From Planctomycetota bacterium (GTDB taxonomy: Bacteria > Planctomycetota > SZUA-567 > H5-PLA8): 64,000 nucleotides of DNA. The notes beneath the pieces are model-generated. The model was not told the origin of the DNA. It saw only the letters and a list, made by a program, of their open reading frames with translations, and did not search any database. This document shows, in pieces, positions 39,328-49,195 of the stretch. Position 1 is the stretch's first letter, and each line of letters opens with the position of its first letter. The stretch covers positions 34,754-98,753 of the forward strand of contig JBBRQD010000006.1 in the NCBI GenBank assembly GCA_038227045.1, written 5' to 3'. Both the position numbers and the translations under genes were made by a program.

Positions 39328-41139
39328 CTACCCTTCCTGTCGCATAATTTCGTCGCTCAGCGACCGCGCATCAACCGGCAGGCCGTTGTAATGCAAAACG
39401 CTGCGCAGCTTGACGACCTCCGCGGGATTGATGTCGAGCTTCAAGAGCTGCAGCATCTGCGCGTCGCGATTCTGTTCGATGATGTAGACGCGCTTCTTGC
39501 GGGCGATAAATTCGTGGACTTGTTTCGCGAACGGAAAAGCGCGGATGCGCAGGTATTCGGTTTTGATGCCCTTCGCCGTCAGTATATCCGTCGTTTCCTT
39601 CATCGGGGATTCGGTCGAACCGTACGCGATCAGGCCGATTTCCGCAGATTTGTCGCCGCTCAAAATGGGCGCGGGAACGTGCGCTCGGGCGGTGTCGAAT
39701 TTCTTTACCAGGCGGTCCAAGCCGTGCACCCAGTCGTCAGGTTTTTCGCTGTACAAGGCCTTTTCGTTGTGGCCCGTGCCGCGCGTAAAATAGGAAGCCA
39801 TTGGATGATCGGTGCCGGGAAGCGTGCGGTACGGAATGCCGTCACCGTCCACGTCGCGATAGCGTTCGAACGTCTTGCCCGCGGCTCTCAATTCTTCGAG
39901 CTTCGCCGCGTCCAGCACCTTGCCGCGCGCGATCGGTTTATCGGGATAAGGGAACGGATCGGCCATCCAGTTGTTCATTCCCAGATCGAGATCGAGCAGA
40001 CAGAAGATCGGCGTTTGGAACTGTTCCGCGAGATTGAACGATTCGATCGCGAACTCGTAGCACTCCTGCACCGTGCCAGGATAGAGGCAAATATGCTTGG
40101 TGTCGCCGTGGCTCAGCGTCGCCGCGAAACTGACGTCGCCTTGCATCGTGCGCGTCGGCAAACCCGTCGACGGGCCGGCGCGCTGCACGTCGAAAAACAC
40201 ACCCGGAATTTCAGCGTAATAGCCCAATCCGACGAACTCCGCCATCAGGCTCATTCCCGGCCCGGACGTGGAGGTCATCGCGCGAGCGCCCGCCCAACCG
40301 GCGCCCAGCACCATGCCCGCGCTGGCCAGTTCGTCTTCCGCCTGCACCACGCCATACGTCGCTTTGCCATCCGCCTCGTGGCGGTATTTTCGCGCGTAGG
40401 CGATGAAATATTCGCAGAGACTCGACGACGGCGTGATCGGGTACCACGCGCAGACGGTGCAACCGGCCATGACCGCGCCGATCGCGGCGGCGGCATTGCC
40501 TTCGATAATGATCTTGCCCTGCGTCTTGTCCATCCGCTCGACGGTGTAGCGCGTGAGCTTCGGCAGATTATTTTTTGCGTAATCGGCGCCCGCCTTAATC
40601 GCCAGAAGATTGACGTTGACCGCTTTGGCCTTACCCTTGAACTGCTTGGCAATGGCCGATTCGACTTCGGCCGTTTCGATCTGCAGCAGTTCCGCAACTA
40701 CTCCGACGTAGCACATATTGGCCAGCAACTTGCGAATGCGAGCTTCGGTGTCGGGAATGTTGGCGAGCTTGGCGAAGGGGCATTCAAAGAACTGCAAGTC
40801 TTCGCGCACCTTGTTAAGGCGCAGAGGGGCGTCGTAAACACAAATTGAGCCAGGCGCGAGTCCCTTCACGTCTTCCACGGCAGTCTCGGGATTCATGCAG
40901 ATCAGAATGTCGATATCTTTGCGCCGCGCGACATAGCCGTCCTTATTGACGCGGATCGTAAACCAGGTGGGAAGACCCTGGATATTCGATGGGAAAAGAT
41001 TCTTGCCGCTGACCGGAATTCCCATTTGGAAGATGGATCGCATCAGCACGTTGTTGGAGGATTGACTGCCCGACCCATTGGCCGTGGCGACCTGAATTGA
41101 AAAATCATTGACGATCCGCTGCCCGAGACCACTATTCAT
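39328..41139 (-). CDS. korA: 2-oxoacid:ferredoxin oxidoreductase alpha subunit
   Basis: 603 aa; N-terminal GSGSQ...N gamma-like segment and colinear KorA domains; sits directly upstream of korB. Confidence 0.85.
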   Translation of the reverse strand: MNSGLGQRIVNDFSIQVATANGSGSQSSNNVLMRSIFQMGIPVSGKNLFPSNIQGLPTWFTIRVNKDGYVARRKDIDILICMNPETAVEDVKGLAPGSICVYDAPLRLNKVREDLQFFECPFAKLANIPDTEARIRKLLANMCYVGVVAELLQIETAEVESAIAKQFKGKAKAVNVNLLAIKAGADYAKNNLPKLTRYTVERMDKTQGKIIIEGNAAAAIGAVMAGCTVCAWYPITPSSSLCEYFIAYARKYRHEADGKATYGVVQAEDELASAGMVLGAGWAGARAMTSTSGPGMSLMAEFVGLGYYAEIPGVFFDVQRAGPSTGLPTRTMQGDVSFAATLSHGDTKHICLYPGTVQECYEFAIESFNLAEQFQTPIFCLLDLDLGMNNWMADPFPYPDKPIARGKVLDAAKLEELRAAGKTFERYRDVDGDGIPYRTLPGTDHPMASYFTRGTGHNEKALYSEKPDDWVHGLDRLVKKFDTARAHVPAPILSGDKSAEIGLIAYGSTESPMKETTDILTAKGIKTEYLRIRAFPFAKQVHEFIARKKRVYIIEQNRDAQMLQLLKLDINPAEVVKLRSVLHYNGLPVDARSLSDEIMRQEG

Positions 41140-41378
41140 TGCTCGTGCTCCCTTTCAATATCTCGCTGGGGCGTCAAAAAGACGCCATTAATCAAATGTT
41201 AACGTGCGACGATAGACTGTCCATCGCACAATCCTATCATCGTCTGTATAAACCAGAGTGTTTAAGAAATAGAATGCGCTCGTTCAAAAATCGACAATAT
41301 GTAGAGACTGGGGGAGATAGAAAACAAAGCGATCTCCGGGAGGCACCGCGACGACGGCGGACTTGGACAAGATTCGTT

Positions 41379-41627
41379 CTAATCGTGCCCCGGCAATTCG
41401 TCTCCGGGAAGCGGAACCGCGGCGGGCACCGCTTTCAGATAGCTTTCGAAATCCGCTCGCTGGCCTTGGGCTGCTTCCTGTTTCAGATAGTCCACCGTCA
41501 TCCATGCAGCCAGCTTTTCCGCTGCGGCGGATGCCACGAATTGGTCGACCGAAACGCCGTCCTGACGTGCTGCGGCTTCGATGCGCTCCACTAAAGAATC
41601 CGGCAAACGGACGATCATCGCGCTCAT
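41379..41627 (-). CDS. ribbon-helix-helix antitoxin
   Basis: 82 aa; N-terminal IVRLPDSLVERIEAAAR fits an RHH fold; 4-bp overlap with the PIN gene. Confidence 0.6.
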   Translation of the reverse strand: MSAMIVRLPDSLVERIEAAARQDGVSVDQFVASAAAEKLAAWMTVDYLKQEAAQGQRADFESYLKAVPAAVPLPGDELPGHD

Positions 41628-42046
41628 GGCTGGTTCCTCAACATAAGAAGGAATTCCTTTGGCGTTATGGCGGTAACGCCGAATTTTTCACTGCCTGCGA
41701 AATCGCGTACATTGTGTGTAACGATAAATTGGCATCCGCCTGCCACCGCCAACTCAAGAACCATGTCGTCGTTCGCGTCGCGCAAAAACGGGCGCCAAAG
41801 AAAGAATACATCCTGATGAAGACAAAGGTTTGCGAGATACCTTAAAAATCGAATAACATCGTCCGGCGTTTTTCCGGGCGGCACGTTTTCTGGACGAACC
41901 AAAACCTCTTGCCATTCGCAATACAATGCGACTGACAATACCGGTTGAAAAGCGCGCGACGGCAGTTCTTCGATCAATGCATAGCTGGCACCTCGGTTAG
42001 AACGCGCAGCGGCTACTAAAACCGAGGTGTCCATGACAGCACGCAT
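41624..42046 (-). CDS. PIN-domain toxin (TIGR00305-like PIN family)
   Basis: VMDTSVLVAA start and C-terminal DANDDMVLELAVAGGCQFIVTHNVRDF...ITPKEFL match this PIN family. Confidence 0.7.
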   Translation of the reverse strand: MRAVMDTSVLVAAARSNRGASYALIEELPSRAFQPVLSVALYCEWQEVLVRPENVPPGKTPDDVIRFLRYLANLCLHQDVFFLWRPFLRDANDDMVLELAVAGGCQFIVTHNVRDFAGSEKFGVTAITPKEFLLMLRNQP

Positions 42047-42128
42047 GGGTTAATTTTATCGTTAGTCCTTCGAAAAAGCAAGACTTTGCTTTTCCAGCGA
42101 TTTGAAAGAGCGCCTTAAAAATATCGTC

Positions 42129-43622
42129 TCACACATGATACCATCGTTCGGCAACAAACAGCCACGCTTCAGTGGCCATTCCCGCCGTCATCGCGCCCGT
42201 CAACGTACACATAAAATTGACCGCCCCCTTGCCGACGAATTTTAATTTGTCTTCAACCGTCGCGCCGAGAAGGCTGTCGACCGCCGTTCCGACTAGCCCG
42301 GCAAGAAAGATTGTCACGCAGGCTCCCGCGAGAACCCACGATGGCAGCGCTTTGGCCGATCCGGAGGCGATCTGCACGAATCCCGTCGCGTATGCCGCGA
42401 ACGCGATCACTCCGCTCGCTGCCACCGCGCCCGTTGTACCCAAAAGAGAGATCGCGCCGTTGGTGCCGTGCGGGACCGGCTTAAAGGTGGTGATCAAGCG
42501 CGGCTCATGTATCGAGAGCACGCCGATTTCGGAACTCGCCGTATCCGCCAGCGCCGCGGCGATCGCGCCGGCGAACGCCATCAGCAGCGTGGGCCGGCCG
42601 TGCAGCAGCGGGTACAGCGCGCAGCAGAGAGCCGGCACCAGCAGGTTCGCCATGACATTGGCGATGCCCCGCTTGCCTTCGTTGGCTTCCGCCGTGCGAT
42701 TCGCCGTTTTCTTTTGGAGGCCCATTTTACTGAGCCCGCTGCCCAGGCCGACGAATAGCCCGAATAGAACGTAACCCTGCCAGTTCGCGTAAAAATAAAT
42801 CAGCGTGCCCAGCGCCATGCCCAGAACCGTGGCGGGAAAATCGGCGAAGCGGAACAACAGCACCGCCACGCCGAGCAGAGCGTTGGCAATCAATGCGTGA
42901 ACCAGATTCTGCGGCTGAACGTGCGTGCCTTCGGGAAGGCGTTGCGTCGAGAATTTCAAGAAGTAAGCCGCAACGACAAGCGTGCCGGCGGAGACGAAAG
43001 GCACGCGCACGTTGTCGTCGAGCCGCACATCGACACTCTCGACCAGCGCTCCGCTTATGGCCGCCAGCACGGCGAGCGTCCAGACGTAGGGCAGCAGCGG
43101 CCAGCCGTCTTTTACAAAGAGCGGACAGGGCATCAGAAACAATGTCAGATAGGCGCTTCCGGTCGCAAAGAGCACGAACGCTCCGAAGCCGGCATACGTT
43201 TTCTTCGCGTTCCACGGCAATTTATGGGCGGGAATCAAGCGTCCGAAAAGACTGGCCGGCGCGTCGCCGCACGCCATCACCGCCCAGGCGGCGAACGCGG
43301 CGTACGGCGGAAAAAGCATAAAACACGCCGCCAGGGAACACGGGTAAATCCAGATCCCGCTGTGCCAGCCTTCGTTCTTGCGCACCACCATATTTAGCAG
43401 TGGCACATAGGGCAGCACGAACGCGTTGAACAGCGTGACTGCGGCAAGAAAACCGGCGATCCAAAACGGAAGATATGGCAGCCATGCGCGCTGCGAGTCG
43501 AGTTTTTCGACGACGAGCATGATCAAGAGGAGCGGCAAGCCGACGGCAAAAAATACAGCGAAATGAACCAGATTGCGGAAGCCGGGCGAATGTGCGAGCA
43601 GACGACGAGGGGAGTCGGCCAT
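42129..43622 (-). CDS. polytopic membrane protein, DUF92 (TMEM19-like) C-terminal domain fused to a dolichol-kinase-like N-terminal domain
   Basis: 497 aa; >10 TM; Gly-rich DUF92-like C-terminal motifs (GAISLLGTTGAVAASG...GTAVDSLLGATVE). Confidence 0.55.
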   Translation of the reverse strand: MADSPRRLLAHSPGFRNLVHFAVFFAVGLPLLLIMLVVEKLDSQRAWLPYLPFWIAGFLAAVTLFNAFVLPYVPLLNMVVRKNEGWHSGIWIYPCSLAACFMLFPPYAAFAAWAVMACGDAPASLFGRLIPAHKLPWNAKKTYAGFGAFVLFATGSAYLTLFLMPCPLFVKDGWPLLPYVWTLAVLAAISGALVESVDVRLDDNVRVPFVSAGTLVVAAYFLKFSTQRLPEGTHVQPQNLVHALIANALLGVAVLLFRFADFPATVLGMALGTLIYFYANWQGYVLFGLFVGLGSGLSKMGLQKKTANRTAEANEGKRGIANVMANLLVPALCCALYPLLHGRPTLLMAFAGAIAAALADTASSEIGVLSIHEPRLITTFKPVPHGTNGAISLLGTTGAVAASGVIAFAAYATGFVQIASGSAKALPSWVLAGACVTIFLAGLVGTAVDSLLGATVEDKLKFVGKGAVNFMCTLTGAMTAGMATEAWLFVAERWYHV

Positions 43623-43663
43623 GAGTGCGGATTATACCGGCCCGGTGCAATTCGTGGGTTGAT

Positions 43664-44971
43664 CTACTTCGCGTCAAACAAGGTCATCAATTTAGCGCGC
43701 GTCCAGGGTACGTTGACGAAACCGAGATGCCCGCCGTTGGGCAGAATCGTCACGCGTTTGCCGGCGGCGAACGCCTTGAAACTGGCCATATCCGACGCGG
43801 AGTTAAGCGGGTCGTCCTGCGCCAGGACGATTTCAGAGGTGGCGGGCTGCTTCTCGATCAGCGTCGGAAGGTCTGCCGCATGGATCAACGGTTCCAGGCT
43901 TGGCAGTCCGAGTTTATTCTGCCAATACGGATACGACATACCATATCCGAATTTGATGAAGCCCCATTTCGACGCGTAATCCTCGCGCACATAACGGTCA
44001 GTGAATTCGTCGCCCTTCGGCAGTCTATTCAAGTGGTATTCGACGTCGGAGTAGGCGACGAGGCTGGGCAGTGTATAACGGAAGGAAGCCGACACGGCGG
44101 CCTTCAGCTTGCCATCCGGAATGGGCGAATCCGGATTTGACGGATCGGGATTTATTTTCTGCAGTGCCAACAGTTCAACGAGAGTGTACTTGCCGTAGGA
44201 TTCGGCGTACCAGCCGTCGATGATCCGAGCGCTTTGTTCCAAGCGAATCGGGGGCGAATAAGCTTGAATTGCGGCAATTTCGAAGGGCAGCTTTTTATCG
44301 GCTGCCAGCGTGCCGAGAATCAGCGCCTGAACGCCGCCGTAGCTCATGCCCACCACGCCGATCTTTGTGACGTGCCCGGATATGCAACCGTGATGCAAAA
44401 AAGAGTCGATGATATTCTTTACGTACTCGGTTTCAGCCCACACATTTCCACTGACGCCCAGATGCGTGCGCGCGTTGAAATCCTGTACGAATGTCGAATC
44501 GAATGTCAGCACGTGATAGCCGCGCTCGTAGTACCAGGAGGGCCACAACTTGGCAAAGTCGCCCTCGGCCCGCCCGCCAATGCCCAGCAGCAAGACAACC
44601 AGCGGTGCCGGTCCATCTTGAATCGCGGCTTTGACTTGATATTTGCCGCAGATTCCGCACACATCCAGGAGGACCGATTTTTGGCAGGGAAAGCAGACGT
44701 TTTTAACGCCGACGTATCCGGCCGCACTGGCGAAGAGGCCATCATTCCAGGGAAAACTGTAGGGCGGCAGCGGTTCGGACGTATGCGGTGCCTCAGGCGG
44801 CGCGGCGTTCGGGGCTGGGGATTGCACGACAGCCGGAACCTGCGGGGCGAGTGCCACAACTTCAGCTTTTACCAAAGGCGTCTCGGCGTCAGATGCGCCG
44901 GCGGCGGTGCATGCAAGCATGATGGACGCGATGGCGCTGAGTACAATGAATCGTGTGGAAGCCACGGACAC
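43664..44971 (-). CDS. secreted alpha/beta hydrolase
   Basis: Signal peptide; GMSYGG nucleophile elbow (GxSxG). Confidence 0.7.
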   Translation of the reverse strand: MSVASTRFIVLSAIASIMLACTAAGASDAETPLVKAEVVALAPQVPAVVQSPAPNAAPPEAPHTSEPLPPYSFPWNDGLFASAAGYVGVKNVCFPCQKSVLLDVCGICGKYQVKAAIQDGPAPLVVLLLGIGGRAEGDFAKLWPSWYYERGYHVLTFDSTFVQDFNARTHLGVSGNVWAETEYVKNIIDSFLHHGCISGHVTKIGVVGMSYGGVQALILGTLAADKKLPFEIAAIQAYSPPIRLEQSARIIDGWYAESYGKYTLVELLALQKINPDPSNPDSPIPDGKLKAAVSASFRYTLPSLVAYSDVEYHLNRLPKGDEFTDRYVREDYASKWGFIKFGYGMSYPYWQNKLGLPSLEPLIHAADLPTLIEKQPATSEIVLAQDDPLNSASDMASFKAFAAGKRVTILPNGGHLGFVNVPWTRAKLMTLFDAK

Positions 44972-45040
44972 CCTCCCTGGTGGACATTAGTATTTACACG
45001 AATACTTTTAAGGACAAGCTTTAAACGATCAAATGGATTT

Positions 45041-45070
45041 TAAAGAAAAGGGGGCGGTCTCCCGCCCCCT
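45041..45070 (-). terminator. rho-independent terminator downstream of the 45124-45549 gene
   Basis: gggggcgg tctc ccgccccc stem followed by a U-rich run on the minus-strand transcript. Confidence 0.7.
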
Positions 45071-45123
45071 CTAATTACAAGAAAAATCGCGTTATGCGCG
45101 GTTAAAAAGCCGTTCATTCGTGG

Positions 45124-45549
45124 TTACTCTTCTTCGTCCGAATCCAGATCCTCGCGAATCTGTTCGATTTCGCGCTTCATGGATTCGTGTCGGGCTCTAA
45201 TGAGGCCGAGGCGCGAGAGAGGTTTGCCGGGTTCGCCGCCATTTTTTTCCGCATCGGCACCAGACTTGGCGCCACGGCGGCCTTTGGCGGATTTCGGCTG
45301 CGGTGGCGCCTCCTCTTCGGCCTCAATTTCTTCCTCACCGGCTTCAGCGTCCTCGTCCGGAGTGATATCCGCAGGCTCGTCGTCGGCCTCCACGCTCTTC
45401 GCGCCTGTATCGGGCTCGTCGTCCTCGATTTTAGCCGAGCGTTTCGACACCGATTTCAGCTTCTTGGAGTGGGATTTCTTCTTGAGCTTGGACGAGCGCT
45501 CTTTTTCCTTGTCACTGTCCTTGGCCTTTTCTTTGTCTTTATCTTTCAT
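45124..45549 (-). CDS. hypothetical highly charged low-complexity protein
   Basis: K/D/E-rich throughout; C-terminal LSRLGLIRARHESMKREIEQIREDLD segment is structured. Confidence 0.45.
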   Translation of the reverse strand: MKDKDKEKAKDSDKEKERSSKLKKKSHSKKLKSVSKRSAKIEDDEPDTGAKSVEADDEPADITPDEDAEAGEEEIEAEEEAPPQPKSAKGRRGAKSGADAEKNGGEPGKPLSRLGLIRARHESMKREIEQIREDLDSDEEE

Positions 45550-45676
45550 GTCCTGTTTCCGAAAAAAGCGCGGGATGCCGAAAGCCGGAATTGCGTTTTG
45601 AAAACGCAGCGAAGCTTCGCGATCGAGCGCGGGTCATTTGCGTGGCATTGAAAAAGTAGGACGCATCCGCGCAAAG

Positions 45677-46102
45677 TTAAAATGCATCGAAACGATTTTT
45701 TCGCGGCGGGGGACTGCCCGGCTGCGGGTGCGACGGAGAAGACGGCGGTCCCGCTGCGGGTCGCGCCGGCATGAGGCCGGAACGCTGAGCCGACCGCGGC
45801 GGAGCGGAGCCCGAAACGGCTTCCAATTCGGCCAGCGCCCGTTTCATGGCGTCCAACGCGCTCGCCAGCGTTTCGCGCGCGGTGTTCATTTCCGGCAGGG
45901 CTTCGCCATCGGCGCTCACCGGCCCGTGTTGAAAGATCTGGTGGACAGTTGTCAGAAAGCGCTGTTTCTCAACCTGGTACAGCACGTCGCGTATGCGCGA
46001 TTCTGTTTTTTTCAATTCTTCTTCGAATTGTTCGATTTCGTTGCGCAGGATTTCAATCTGCTCGAAGTTGCTCAATTGATGCGTGAGAGGCGGCAACGGC
46101 AT
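45677..46102 (-). CDS. hypothetical coiled-coil protein with Pro-rich C-terminus
   Basis: Start set at MPLPPLTHQ (46102); the longer ORF-track start at 46534 would read through the intergenic inverted repeat. Confidence 0.5.
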   Translation of the reverse strand: MPLPPLTHQLSNFEQIEILRNEIEQFEEELKKTESRIRDVLYQVEKQRFLTTVHQIFQHGPVSADGEALPEMNTARETLASALDAMKRALAELEAVSGSAPPRSAQRSGLMPARPAAGPPSSPSHPQPGSPPPRKNRFDAF

Positions 46103-46259
46103 GGTGAAATTTCCTAGGCATGTCGGTTCGCGTACAGCGGACGCGCAAAGTAAAGAACCCATAGTATCACGACTTCCCGCGCATTCAAATTTGGTTTTTT
46201 GATTTTGACGCGCCGAAAGCGCACGTATAACTAAGGGCTTGCCTGCTGCCTCTTTATTT

Positions 46260-46412
46260 CTCTCGCAAAGGCGCAAAGACGCGAAGAACGGCAAGACAAG
46301 CAGACAGCGAGACAAGGAGAACGGGTACATGAAATTTGAGCGTGTCGCCGATCCCCTTGAAATTTGTCGGTCTTTTTTCGCTGTTCTTTGCGTCTTTGCG
46401 CCTTTGCGAGAG
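46260..46412. repeat. 33-bp inverted repeat (2 mismatches) flanking an ~87-nt loop in a divergent intergenic region; candidate structured RNA or regulatory element
   Basis: ctctcgcaaaggcgcaaagacgcgaagaacggc (46260-46292) against gctgttctttgcgtctttgcgcctttgcgagag (46380-46412); the loop contains a gaaatttg direct repeat and ends in a T-run. Confidence 0.65.
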
Positions 46413-46453
46413 AACATTAACGGGCGGGTTCGCCGGATTGGAGGCCTAAATAC

Positions 46454-46933
46454 GTGAGCGAAATGTTTCATGAAGTGATAAAAATCGCGGTGGTTTTCGG
46501 GATTGTGCTGCTGTGCTTCTGGCTCTTTAAGCATCGCACGCGCACGAGCATCGAACCGGGCGACAAGAGCATGGATGTGAGCGGGTTTCCCGAAGGCGGA
46601 TACAGCGTCGACACGTCCGCCTCAGCGCTCTCCGGACTTAAGTCCGGTGCCTTTGTCGCCTATCGAAATCCGAAGGAGCCGGCCCGCGTCAACATTGCAC
46701 GCGTGATCGGCGTGGAAGGCGCGCGCATCGAAGTCACCCTTAAAGAGGTGCTCGTCAACGGCGCGCCGATCAACAAGCGCATTGAGACAAACACGTGGAC
46801 GATTCCGGAAACGCTCGTTCCACGCGGCTGTGCATACCTCCTGGCCGACGACCCTCTCTTGGGCATGGATTCGAAACAAGTCGGCCCGGTGCCGTTCTCC
46901 TATATCCTGGGCACGGTCACGCCTTCACGTTAA
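46454..46933 (+). CDS. S26-family signal peptidase I-like protein
   Basis: N-terminal TM; GDKSMD and RGCAYLLADDP...DSKQVGPVP...ILG resemble LepB boxes. Confidence 0.55.
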   Translation: MSEMFHEVIKIAVVFGIVLLCFWLFKHRTRTSIEPGDKSMDVSGFPEGGYSVDTSASALSGLKSGAFVAYRNPKEPARVNIARVIGVEGARIEVTLKEVLVNGAPINKRIETNTWTIPETLVPRGCAYLLADDPLLGMDSKQVGPVPFSYILGTVTPSR

Positions 46934-46947
46934 TTCTTTGAGGCCCC

Positions 46948-49107
46948 ATGAAAATCGGTTCGATCGAACTATCCACACCGGCGTTTGTGTACGCGGCGAT
47001 CCTCGCGGGGCTGGCCGTGCTGGTTCCCGCCGTCGCGGTGTCTCGCTGGAGCGCCATTCGCGAGTCGTGGAATCGCGACACGGTTATCAACGCCGCTGCC
47101 GAAGGAGGCGATTCCATCGAGGCCGGGGTGGCCGCATGCAAAGCCTTGATCGCCGCCGATCCGTCAAAGGCCGCGCCGCGGTTGCATCTCGGCTGCCTGC
47201 TCGCGGCGGCGAAGAATTACAAGGAAGCTCAAGAGGCGTTCGAGCACGTTCCCGATGCGGCCAAGGCGACAGCCGACGAAAAATCGCTCGCGTTAACCGG
47301 TGCAGCGTGCGCATTGTGTCTCGATGGCGCCGTGGGCGGCAAGCCCGCGCATTTGGACGACGCTGAAAAACTGCTTAAGAAGGCGATTGAATTCAAAGAT
47401 ACGCCCGACGCGCTGGCCGCCATGGCCATCCTGAAAAGCTGGAAATCCGAACGCGCCGCGGATGTTGACGCGTTCGTCAGCAAAGCCTTGAGTTCTCCGC
47501 CTGCCCCAGCGCCCGGATTGCTTGCGGAACTTTATAAGCTGAACGGTTCGCTTCTCGCGCGCAACCATCGGGCCGCCGACGCGGCCAATGCGTTTCAAAG
47601 CGCGAAGGCCGTCAATCCGGCCGATCTTCAAATGGACGCCGCCGCGAGGCTGACGCTTCTCGCGACGCTCAACGAACCCGGCATGAACTCCGCCGCGCGC
47701 CGCATAGCGATCGAAAAAATGATGCTGGATCTCGAAAAATTTGGCAAGGCGAAAAGAGACGCGTTGCTGGCCATCGGCATGGCGTGGCACGCCTTCAATG
47801 GAGAGGCGGATTATACAGACCCAAATGGACCGTTCGAAAAAGCGTGCGCCACGTTCAAAACGATGCTCGATCTCGACAAGAAAGATGTGCTTGCATACAA
47901 GAATTACGCCTCGCTGTTGGAGGAACGCGTGGCCGCGCTGTCCGCGGAACTGACCGCGCCGGTGACGGGTCTGAAGGGTGAAACGACGCACGCAGGAGGC
48001 GGATGGGCGGCCGACACAGTCCCCGAAAACGCCACCGGCGGGAGCGGCCTCCCGGACAAGGCGGATATGCTTCGCCTTGGAAAAATCGCCAATTTCCTGC
48101 GCGAAGAACAAGTCGTCTGGGAGCAATTGCTCGCTCGCGCCGAGCCTTCCAAGGAAGACAAGATCGACGCGAAGCTGCGCATTATCGCGTGCGGACGGCA
48201 CAAAGCGTTGATAGGTGCCGCGACCCGGCCCATACGGCGGGACACCAGCTACAATGTCATCCTGGATCCAGGCGACGAGCAAATCTTGAAACAACTGCTG
48301 CCCACGGCCACGGATTTGGCGGCGTTGGACGAGAGCGGACAAGGGAATTACGTCATGGGGCTGCTGCTGATCGAAAAAGGCGATCTGACAGGCGCGCGCA
48401 CGGCGCTTTTGGAATCCAGTAAGCGCGGATTCAAATCGGCCGAGCTGACAAAGCTGCTCGCGACGCTGGATGCAAAGACGAAAGTGCTCGATTCCGGACC
48501 GTCGCCAACGGAACGCCAATTCGGCGCAGCCCCGCTGATTCGCGCCACCCTCGAAAGCCCGCTGGGACTCGGCGCGCTGAAAGGATTGAAGATTACGCTC
48601 GACGGAAAGAACGTTCCGGCTTCGATTTTTGGATCGCAGATTTTATACACTCCGCGCGAATCCGAAATGGGCGGCGGCGAGCACGTCGTCAAGTTTTCAG
48701 TAAACGACGCGTCCGGCGCGCCGATCGAATTATCGCAATTTGACTACCAGATCGACAAACAGCCGCCCGAATGGAAAGTCGAACCCGCGTCCGGAACGGT
48801 CAAAGGCGACGCGGTTTTCAACATCAGCGTGGCGGATCCTTCCGGCGTGGATTGGGCGTCCCTCAGTGCGGGAATTCGCGCAAAGACTGCAAACAGCCCG
48901 CTCGACGTCGTCGTGGCAAAAAACGGCCGTTACAGTCACAGCCTGCCCGCCATCAATGTGAGATCAGCAGAAGCCATTCTGCGTTCGCCGTTCAAATTGG
49001 TTACGCCGAATCCGCTTCTGCCGGGCGAATATACCTTGTGGATTGAAGTTCGCGATCTGGCGGGCAACAAACTCAAGGATGAAAAAGCTTACAGCGTTGA
49101 AAAATAA
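46948..49107 (+). CDS. TPR-like repeat protein with N-terminal TM and C-terminal Ig-like region
   Basis: 719 aa; Ala-rich helical repeats; C-terminal beta-rich region. Confidence 0.6.
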   Translation: MKIGSIELSTPAFVYAAILAGLAVLVPAVAVSRWSAIRESWNRDTVINAAAEGGDSIEAGVAACKALIAADPSKAAPRLHLGCLLAAAKNYKEAQEAFEHVPDAAKATADEKSLALTGAACALCLDGAVGGKPAHLDDAEKLLKKAIEFKDTPDALAAMAILKSWKSERAADVDAFVSKALSSPPAPAPGLLAELYKLNGSLLARNHRAADAANAFQSAKAVNPADLQMDAAARLTLLATLNEPGMNSAARRIAIEKMMLDLEKFGKAKRDALLAIGMAWHAFNGEADYTDPNGPFEKACATFKTMLDLDKKDVLAYKNYASLLEERVAALSAELTAPVTGLKGETTHAGGGWAADTVPENATGGSGLPDKADMLRLGKIANFLREEQVVWEQLLARAEPSKEDKIDAKLRIIACGRHKALIGAATRPIRRDTSYNVILDPGDEQILKQLLPTATDLAALDESGQGNYVMGLLLIEKGDLTGARTALLESSKRGFKSAELTKLLATLDAKTKVLDSGPSPTERQFGAAPLIRATLESPLGLGALKGLKITLDGKNVPASIFGSQILYTPRESEMGGGEHVVKFSVNDASGAPIELSQFDYQIDKQPPEWKVEPASGTVKGDAVFNISVADPSGVDWASLSAGIRAKTANSPLDVVVAKNGRYSHSLPAINVRSAEAILRSPFKLVTPNPLLPGEYTLWIEVRDLAGNKLKDEKAYSVEK

Positions 49108-49195
49108 GACGAAGGATGAATTGTGAAGGATGAAATACGGTTGAGCGCGAAGCCGTTTTCTTTCTCGTCCTTCATACTTCATCATTCATCCTTCC
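49108..49195. repeat. family-2 GGATGAA palindromic repeat element, copy 4
   Basis: gacgaaggatgaattgtgaaggatgaaatacgg ... ctcgtccttcatacttcatcattcatccttcc; creates a spurious MKDE...SFILHHSSF N-terminus on the ORF call at 49123. Confidence 0.7.

Noticed and set aside
45677-46534. Long 285-aa ORF call on the minus strand
   Set aside because: The upstream two-thirds read through the intergenic 33-bp inverted repeat and have poor composition. The gene was trimmed to the internal start at 46102.
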